DNA from: Dehalococcoidia bacterium | GTDB lineage: Bacteria > Chloroflexota > Dehalococcoidia > Lucifugimonadales > UBA1123 | DNA length: 64,000 nucleotides | Assembly (NCBI GenBank): GCA_965202965.1 | Contig: CBDBCQ010000001.1 | Coordinates: 6,626 to 70,625 of the forward strand | Direction of reading: 5' to 3' | Shown: positions 42,778 through 50,100 of the stretch, piece by piece | Position numbering within the stretch: position 1 is the first letter of the stretch | Layout: each line of letters opens with the position of its first letter | Notes under the pieces: model-generated | The model's database searches: none | Told to the model about the DNA's origin: nothing | What the model saw: only the letters and a program-made list of their open reading frames with translations | Made by a program: the position numbers and the translations under genes

Positions 42778-43330
42778 GGTTGTGAGCGGACCGACGACCG
42801 TAGAGACGCGCGCAGAACGACGTCATTATCTCAGTCATGTCTCGCACGAGATCGTCGTCCACCTCGGTCTCCTCCACTACAATCAGTCCGCCGCCCCTGG
42901 CCCTCAGCATCGCGTCCACCATCCCGACCCCGAACCTCGCCAGCCTGTCCCTGTGCTCCACCACAAGCCAGCCCACGTCAGGGTCTGACAGCAGTGACAG
43001 CAACTTCTTCCGTCTGTCGTTCAGGCCACTCGCCACTTCCTCCACCACCCTGTCCATCGCTATCCCGTTCTCACCGGCGTATCTCCAGAGCCTCGAGGAC
43101 TGGCCTTCCAGAAGATGCTTTCTATCGGAGGAGGAGACCCGCGCATAGCCGACCGTCAGAAGCTGCTCGTCCTCCGGCACAATCACGTACAGTATGCCGC
43201 CGACCTTCTCCACCTCAAGGTCTGGAGGCAGCCGTCCTTCGTTGTACATCCGCCAGGTGGAGATCCGATTCAGGCCATAGAGTCTGCCCCAGTCCGTGAG
43301 CCTCATCCGTTTGCGTACATCCATAAACAT
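42743..43330 (-). CDS. tnpA: IS607-type serine recombinase TnpA (MerR-like HTH + resolvase catalytic domain)
   Basis: MRLTDWGRLYGLNRISTWRMYNEGRLP (HTH), then VGYARVSSSDRKHLLEGQ (catalytic Ser region) and ...VVEHRDRLARFG. The probable start is MRLTDW at 43306. Confidence 0.9.
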   Translation of the reverse strand: MFMDVRKRMRLTDWGRLYGLNRISTWRMYNEGRLPPDLEVEKVGGILYVIVPEDEQLLTVGYARVSSSDRKHLLEGQSSRLWRYAGENGIAMDRVVEEVASGLNDRRKKLLSLLSDPDVGWLVVEHRDRLARFGVGMVDAMLRARGGGLIVVEETEVDDDLVRDMTEIMTSFCARLYGRRSAHNRARRALEAAGD

Positions 43331-43356
43331 ATACTAACAGAATATGCCATCTGCTG

Positions 43357-43590
43357 TGAACGCCTCTGGAGAAAAGATACCTGAGGGCGATGTCCGAGCT
43401 GGGTGCAGGCCCTCACCGTTCGGGTGACATTACACAGGTAATGCAGCGTAGCGTGAGGTCATTGGCTCCTACACGCGCCAACCTGATCCGAAAAGGCATG
43501 ATCTGGAGTCCATCTCACGGCGATACAGTGTTTACAGTTCCGATGTTCGACGAGTTCATGTTGCGGACGATCCCCAGTCCTGACTATTGA
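43357..43590 (+). pseudogene. AAA ATPase pseudogene, 3' part (winged-helix C terminus)
   Basis: TPLEKRYLRAMSELGAGPHRSGDITQVMQRSVRSLAPTRANLIRKGMIWSPSHGDTVFTVPMFDEFMLR continues the frame broken at about 41501. Confidence 0.7.
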
Positions 43591-43649
43591 CGGCTACCAG
43601 CAGGCCGATTCCTGAATGTCAACAGGCTACCAGTTCTCTATCGGTTGTA

Positions 43650-43735
43650 TGTCGTTCCGCATTTGAGACCTCTTTAATTTCTTCCTCTTAAAAGTAAGAA
43701 ATGTTTTCTGTTCTATTTTGGTTCCCATCTCTAAC
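43650..43735. repeat. AT-rich repeat element, copy A
   Basis: ...GCATTTGAGACCTCTTTAATTTCTTCCTCTTAAAAGTAAGAAATGTTTTCTG... is shared with 46700-46790 and 63668-63760. Confidence 0.8.
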
Positions 43736-45203
43736 TGAAGTAGAGGTCTATGACAATGCTTACCTCGGATAGAGTGAGTTTATCGGGGTCTCCCTCATCG
43801 CGGAAGAAGTCATCGATGGCCATGCTGACCTCGGAGAGGTCTATCTGGCCGGACTCGTCGGCGTCGTACCTGTCAAGCAGTTCGCCACCAGAATCAGTGG
43901 GTGCAAAACCAAATTGCGGGAATAGGTCATCAGAAGGCCATTGGGAGACTTCACGAATCCCGTTCCACATCAGCCTGTCTACAGCCAGACCGAAGTCGCC
44001 CTGTTTAGGCCGCGAGTTGAACAACGCGGCCCAGGCGAAGCCGTGATGAGTTCTCACCAAGAGAGAGGAGGTACCTGGTTGACTGCCACTGTGCCACCAA
44101 TTGGCATCGCCGCCGGCAGGTTTTACCAGCCAACCCATTCCATAGAAATAGGAACTGTCCTCCCAGAGCGGTGGCTCGGGGCGGGACACCATCTCCTGTA
44201 CAGTGGCAGGGTTCAGCACTGAGGGAGGCCTGCTCCCATCAATGGATGTGACAAACCGCATCAAGTCAATGGCCGACGCTATCCAGCCTCCGACGGAGTC
44301 CCGTCCCTGCAGGTAAAACCCGCCGTAGGGCCACGGCACCCGATCAGGAGTCTCGGGCATGACGGAATACGCCAGGCTCTGGCCAGGGTAGCCGTAGTAA
44401 TTAACTTCGTCCTCTGCCCTTTCCTCAGGTAAGGTGCCTCCGATTCTTATGCCGGTGATCCCCATAGGCCCCAGGACCCGTTCCTTCACGTACTCTTCGT
44501 ATGACTGCCCCGTTTTCTCTTCTATGACCCGTCCCAGCAGACAATATCCAAAATTGGAGTAGGCGAACTTGGTGCCAGGGTCGAAGTCCAGTGGCTGGCC
44601 CAGCATGAATTGAATGACGTCCCGGCAGGAAACTGGCTTCTGTACGCCAAGCTCCCTCTGAATCCTATGTGGAATCCACATTGGGTCGTAGCTCTTGTTT
44701 CTGTCCCAGCCGCCCGTATGCAGCAGCAGGTGCAGCACCGTGATCTCGTCCAATCGAGGGTCCCTCGTAGCTCCCTCAGGAGGTTGGAATTCCTTGAGTA
44801 TCTCGAATACTCTCTCTTCCAAATCCAGCAGATCCTCCTCAACCAGTTGTAGCACGGCGACGGCGGTGATTGGCTTCGAGATGCTAGCGATTCGGAAGAG
44901 GGAGTCGGGCTTAACAGGATCGTCCCCTTCAATGTCTGCCAGACCGTAGCCCTTGACGAACAGCAGTTGACCATCTTTGACTATGGCGATAGATGCTCCC
45001 GGGACCTTCCATTGCTCCAAAAAGCTTGGAATAAGCCTGTCGAACACGACCTCGACATCCGTAACAGGTGTAGCCCCTTCCGAGGCTGTAGTTGAAGGTA
45101 GTGCAAGCATACCTACTACTACCAACAGTACTATGCCTACGGCTGACAGGAAGGTAGCCGTGAGTTTCCTGATCCTGCTGGCCGCACTCCGTCTGTATGA
45201 CAA
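43731..45203 (-). CDS. Secreted beta-lactamase-fold serine hydrolase (class C / esterase / DD-peptidase type) with a C-terminal EF-hand/dockerin-like tail
   Basis: N-terminal TM/signal segment. Motifs are SxxK (ASISKPIT), YxN (YSNFGY) and HSG (WWHSGSQPG). The tail is LLDRYDADESGQIDLSEVSMAIDDFFRDEGDPDKLTLSEVSIVIDLYFS. Confidence 0.85.
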   Translation of the reverse strand: MSYRRSAASRIRKLTATFLSAVGIVLLVVVGMLALPSTTASEGATPVTDVEVVFDRLIPSFLEQWKVPGASIAIVKDGQLLFVKGYGLADIEGDDPVKPDSLFRIASISKPITAVAVLQLVEEDLLDLEERVFEILKEFQPPEGATRDPRLDEITVLHLLLHTGGWDRNKSYDPMWIPHRIQRELGVQKPVSCRDVIQFMLGQPLDFDPGTKFAYSNFGYCLLGRVIEEKTGQSYEEYVKERVLGPMGITGIRIGGTLPEERAEDEVNYYGYPGQSLAYSVMPETPDRVPWPYGGFYLQGRDSVGGWIASAIDLMRFVTSIDGSRPPSVLNPATVQEMVSRPEPPLWEDSSYFYGMGWLVKPAGGDANWWHSGSQPGTSSLLVRTHHGFAWAALFNSRPKQGDFGLAVDRLMWNGIREVSQWPSDDLFPQFGFAPTDSGGELLDRYDADESGQIDLSEVSMAIDDFFRDEGDPDKLTLSEVSIVIDLYFS

Positions 45204-45319
45204 TAGTGAGCTCCGTTTCTGCTGTTATCAGCGGCAACTAGCTGAGTTCGGATCATAGGAGAAAAGCCGACTTGCAGTCCTATGTACTGGAGAGATGTGT
45301 ACTGGAGAGATGTGAAGCT

Positions 45320-45795
45320 AATGTCGTGGAAGTTCAGCGGGCTTATGTTAAAACGACGGATCGCCTTGATGCAACATTCTGAGATATTCTCTTGCATCCG
45401 ACACAGAGGCGTCGCAATGATCAGGCAGCGAGGTAAGGGATATGCGGTCTGTATCAAGGGACTGCCGACGCTGAGGTTTAGAAGGGGCACAGAGCTTCCG
45501 CTGTCCGGCGACCTTCAAGGTATTGCCATAGAGTCCGGTGCGGCAGGCGGTTGTGGGTGAATCTGATATATCAAGTGGAGAGCAAGCCGTTGAGTCGGAG
45601 CGACCTGACGGTAGGACTGGACATGGGCATCTCCGACCGCATTAGCACTCTCGACGGGGGAGAGCGTGGGCAGGCGAGATAAGGCCAACTCAAAGATCGC
45701 GCGCGCGCAGAAGCGCTTGTCATGGTGCAGGAAAGACAGTCGCAGGTGGCGTGAGCGCCGGTCGATACTGTCGAACGCACAGGACAGGGAGGTTT
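45320..45795 (+). pseudogene. tnpB: Decayed tnpB fragment (N-terminal/middle part, frameshifted, 3'-truncated)
   Basis: AMIRQRGKGYAVCIKGLPTLRFRRG..., then in another frame VGLDMGISDRISTLDGGERG... and ...KDSRRWRERRSILSNAQDRE. These match the 54590..55774 family. Confidence 0.75.
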
Positions 45796-46514
45796 AGCTG
45801 GCTACCCTCATATTTCCGCTGAGAAGTGAGCAATTCGCGCTCGCGGTGTGCCCTAAGAAGAATTCTCTCAGGGTTGGGTATCTCCCAGCGCGCGCGAGGT
45901 ATATCCCACACGCGCTCCATTGTAGTCTCGGTCCATTCTCTATCTCCGTCTCCCCCACGACAATGGGCACGCCACCAATATCTGCCAGTGACTCGCCGGT
46001 TCTCGACACGGTCTTCGTCGATGCCCTTGCTGCGAGTCAAGTAGTGTGTAAATCGTCTCTATGAAGAGCAGAATGCCGCCCAGTAAAGCCATTGCAACCA
46101 GCGAAACCGCTATCAATATAGTTCGTCTTGACACTGGGAGGTTCCTGGGGATTGCATACGAAAGTGAACAAGTTCACCTTGGTTGCATTTATGCCGTATC
46201 CAGCACGGCAGCGCGATACCATTCAAGAGGTTGCAACTACGTACAGCACAGATGGGTTCATTCCCACGCGCCATTTAAGGGTCGAATAAACTCGGTTCGG
46301 TGGGCTACGGTTTTGCAAGTGGTCACAGGTTCGCATCTCTGGCGGTGATTTGAATCATCCCTTGCAAGGATTACTCTGAGAAACCAGCCTTATGCAGCCA
46401 TCTTCCGACCTTCACGTACTTTACGCTAGTGTACCTCTAGGCTTTCTTGATTACGGGTGAGCCTCCCGACTTACCGTTCACCTTCCGATATAAGTCCCTA
46501 TGAAAGGGTCTCGG

Positions 46515-46690
46515 TCTATTCTACCAAGTTCAAGGTGTTGATCACGGCATTGACGTCAGCATCCAGCGACAATCCACACTGAGCGCAGTCGAACCGCTCG
46601 CCACTGCGAGTGTCCTGACTCCGTATCCCGCTGTCAGAACAGGTCTGGCCCGTATGCTGAGGAGCAACGGCTACCGACTCCCAACCGGCC
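46515..46690 (-). pseudogene. tnpB: Decayed tnpB C-terminal fragment
   Basis: The minus strand encodes VAVAPQHTGQTCSDSGIRSQDTRSGERFDCAQCGLSLDADVNAVINTL, compared with VVVDPAYTSQTCSGCG...YSCALCGLEMDADVNASSNIL. The first CxxC is degenerate. Confidence 0.75.
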
Positions 46691-46699
46691 GTTCTCGTA

Positions 46700-46790
46700 T
46701 GTTGTTCTGCATTTGAGACTTTTTAATTTCTTACTGTTAAAAGTAAGACAGTTTTTCCGTTTAACTCTTCAAGCTTTCTTGCTTTCAAGC
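46700..46790. repeat. AT-rich repeat element, copy B
   Basis: GCATTTGAGACTTTTTAATTTCTTACTGTTAAAAGTAAGACAGTTTTTCCGTTTAACTCTTCAAGCTTTCTTGC. It contains the hairpin TCTTACT-gttaaa-AGTAAGA. Confidence 0.8.
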
Positions 46791-47131
46791 AGTTCAGATG
46801 ATTTTCAGAGCGTATCCGGTCCTTCCGCTTTCCTCAATTCGTTCATGTAGCCCGCACAATAAGCGCGGCAGTTTGACCTGAAACCTCCTTGCTATGGAAG
46901 TCATCAGCATCCGTATAATTTTACTTATCTAATACTCTTGCTAAACATTTGCTCGGGCTGCCAAACGTCACGAATACTCTGGCTGGCATTCATCTCCGCG
47001 ATGCTCGCGCTCTCAGCTGGGATTTTCATACGCCGACCGATCAATCATTACTGTGCGTGCGCAGATACTGGAGACTATCCGGGAAGTAAAGCTGACAGTC
47101 GGCACACTGTAGCCTGGGACGACTTGATGCT

Positions 47132-50100
47132 GTGTGGAGGGCGATGAATTCGCACAATCATGCCATGACGACCGCAACAAGGCTTACCGCCTGTGCTCTC
47201 CTCATCGCCGTCGCGCTCGCGATTGCCCTCCTGGCCACCTCCCGTGCCTATGCTCAGCAGAGCTGCACGAAAGTCACGATGATTTACGCGGAGGCTCATA
47301 ACACGCTCTACATGATCGATGGCGGCGGCAATCGCCTCGTTGACGTCCAGAGCGGCAATAGCCTGAGCAATCGTCAAGTCAATTCCTCCATCGTGGTGTG
47401 GGGAACCCCGTCCAGAATCGGGATTGAGATTTCACACACGGGCGCGACCAAATATAACTATAGAAGCAATGTTATTCAGTCCGGTGACAGGGGCTACGAA
47501 GATTACATAGACGGCGACTTCAACGATGCCGTGATTCTTCTCACATCCGTTATCTGCCCGGCAGGGGTAACCCCGCCTCGCCGGGTGTCCACGCCGACTC
47601 GTCCGCGGACAGCGCAGGCGAATACGGCACCCAGCATATCGTCGGTCAGTGCGGACAACATCGCCAAGACGACCGCGCGTGCCGTCGTGGAAATAGCCGA
47701 CCACGATGGCACCGAGCTGACCGTCAACTTGCGCTACCAGGAGAAGGCGGAGGCGCAGGACTGGCCGAATGCGCATACCGACACGGCGACCAGCAGCGCA
47801 AGTCCGGCTACGAAAAGCCTGGATAACTTGACGCCTGGTACGGAGTACGTGCTGCAGGCGTCGCTAGACGCCGCCTTCCCTGCCGAGGGAACGAAGGAGC
47901 ACACATTCACGACGGAGCGTCCGCCCAGCATATCGTCGGTCAGTGCGGACAACATCGCCAAGACAACCGCGCGGGCTGTCGTGGAAATAGCCGACCACGA
48001 TGGCACCGAGCTGACTGTCAACTTGCGCTACCAGGAGAAGGCGGAGGCGCAGGACTGGCCGAATGCGCATACCGACACGGCGACCAGCAGCGCAAGTCCG
48101 GCTACGAAAAGCCTGGATAACTTGACGCCTGGTACGGAGTATGTGCTGCAGGCGTCGCTAGACGCCGCCTTCCCTGCCGAGGGAACGAAGGAACATACAT
48201 TCACGACGGAGCGTCCGCCCAGCATATCGTCGGTCAGTGCGGACAACATCGCCAAGACGACCGCGCGTGCCGTCGTGGAAATAGCCGACCACGATGGCAC
48301 CGAGCTGACCGTCAACTTGCGCTACCAGGAGAAGGCGGAGGCGCAGGACTGGCCGAATGCGCATACCGACACGGCGACCAGCAGCGCAAGTCCGGCTACG
48401 AAAAGCCTGGATAACTTGACGCCTGGTACGGAGTACGTGCTGCAGGCGTCGCTAGACGCCGCCTTCCCTGCCGAGGGAACGAAGGAGCACACATTCACGA
48501 CGGAGCGTCCGCCCAGCATATCGTCGGTCAGTGCGGACAACATCGCCAAGACAACCGCGCGGGCTGTCGTGGAAATAGCCGACCACGATGGCACCGAGCT
48601 GACTGTCAACTTGCGCTACCAGGAGAAGGCGGAGGCGCAGGACTGGCCGAATGCGCATACCGACACGGCGACCAGCAGCGCAAGTCCGGCTACGAAAAGC
48701 CTGGATAACTTGACGCCTGGTACGGAGTACGTGCTGCAGGCGTCGCTAGACGCCGCCTTCCCTGCCGAGGGAACGAAGGAGCACACATTCACGACGGAGC
48801 GTCCACCCAGCATATCGTCGGTCAGTGTCGGTGACGTAGGGCAGACTTCAGCGGTCGCAACCGTGAGCATCGCCGACTCAGACGGCAGCACACAGACAGT
48901 CAAGCTGCAATATCGCGAGAAAGATGCGACTCCCGTAGAAGAGTGGAGTACGCGTCCCGTCCAGTCTGAGAGCAGCACAGGCGCGACTGCGCGCATCGAC
49001 CTCAGTGGATTAACCGCGAACACCAGGTACGAAGTACAAGCCTGGCTTGGGAGCGACGAAACTGTCAAGGTGGCAGTCGAGTTCAGAACTCTGCCGCCTG
49101 ATCCCAGCCTCTCCGGTGTCAGCATAGGCAGCATCACACAGACTTCAGCGGTCGCCACCGTGAGCATCGCCGACTCAGACGGCAGCACACAGACAGTCAA
49201 GCTGCAATATCGCGAGAAAGATGCGACTCCCGTAGAAGAGTGGAGTACGCGTCCCGTCCAGTCTGAGAGCAGCACAGGCGCTACTGCGCGCATCGACCTC
49301 AGTGGATTAACCGCGAACACCAGGTATGAAGTACAAGCCTGGCTTGGGAGCGACGAAACTGTCAAGGTGACAGTCGAGTTCAGAACTCTGCCTGATCCCA
49401 GCCTATCCGGTGTCAGCATAGGCAGCATCACACAGACTTCAGCGGTCGCAACCGTGAGCATCACCGACGCGGGCTCGGCGCAAAAGACGGTGTACATGTC
49501 TTTCCGCAAGTTCGGCGATACCGAGTGGAGCGAAGCGGGTCCGAAGACGACCAGGGGCGCGAATGTCGCCTACGACCTGACGGCGCTGGAGCCGGAAACG
49601 ACTTACGGGGTAAAGGCGCACCTCAAGGCTGACCTCCATACTTTCAAGCATGCGATATTCACCACGCTGTCGCCCGAACCGGAGCCGGAGCCCAGCGTAT
49701 CCGGTATCAGCTTTGGCAGTATCACCCAGACCACGGCAGTCGCTACCGTGAACATCGCCGACGCGGGCTCGGCGCAGAAGACGGTACGCCTGCGCTACCG
49801 CGTTAACGGCGCTACAACCTGGACTACGGAGAGTTCCCAGAACACCGGAGGCGCAAGCAAGGCATTCTCATTGGACGGGTTGACGGCGGGGACAACCTAT
49901 GAGGTTCAGGCGTGGCTGGATCTTACTATGCCACCTGCGGGCACAACCACCTACACGTTTGACACATTGGTGAACCCTCCGAGCATATCTGATCTCAGTT
50001 TCGAGGACATAGAGCAGACTTCCGCGACTGTAATGGTGGAAATCTCAGACGCCGGCACCGGGGAGAAAGAGGTCTTCCTGAGGTTCAGAATTCAGGGTGA

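Larger units (their letters stand above)
41502..43355 (-). mobile_element. IS607-family element (serine-recombinase tnpA + tnpB) inserted in the ATPase gene
   Basis: The ATPase reading frame stops at ...FFLVRL (about 41501) and resumes at TPLEKRYLRAMSELGAGPHRSGD (about 43359). The interval contains overlapping tnpA and tnpB. Boundaries are good to about +/-10 nt. Confidence 0.8.

Noticed and set aside
45826-46134. Small ORFs between the two tnpB fragments, e.g. 45940..46134, which has a TM-like start RRTILIAVSLVAMALLGGILLFI.
   Set aside because: They are overlapping, mutually exclusive frames with no recognisable family and no SD. The region is flanked by decayed mobile-element DNA and probably holds non-functional remnants.
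46290-46350. tRNA-like T-arm string (GGTTCGCATC).
   Set aside because: The flanking bases do not pair into T-stem, acceptor or anticodon stems. The region more probably belongs to the 3' non-coding part of the decayed tnpB at 46515-46690.
47630-49400. Possible CRISPR or satellite array (294/297-bp periodicity).
   Set aside because: The period is a multiple of three and lies inside one continuous ORF encoding FN3-like modules, so these are coding tandem repeats.
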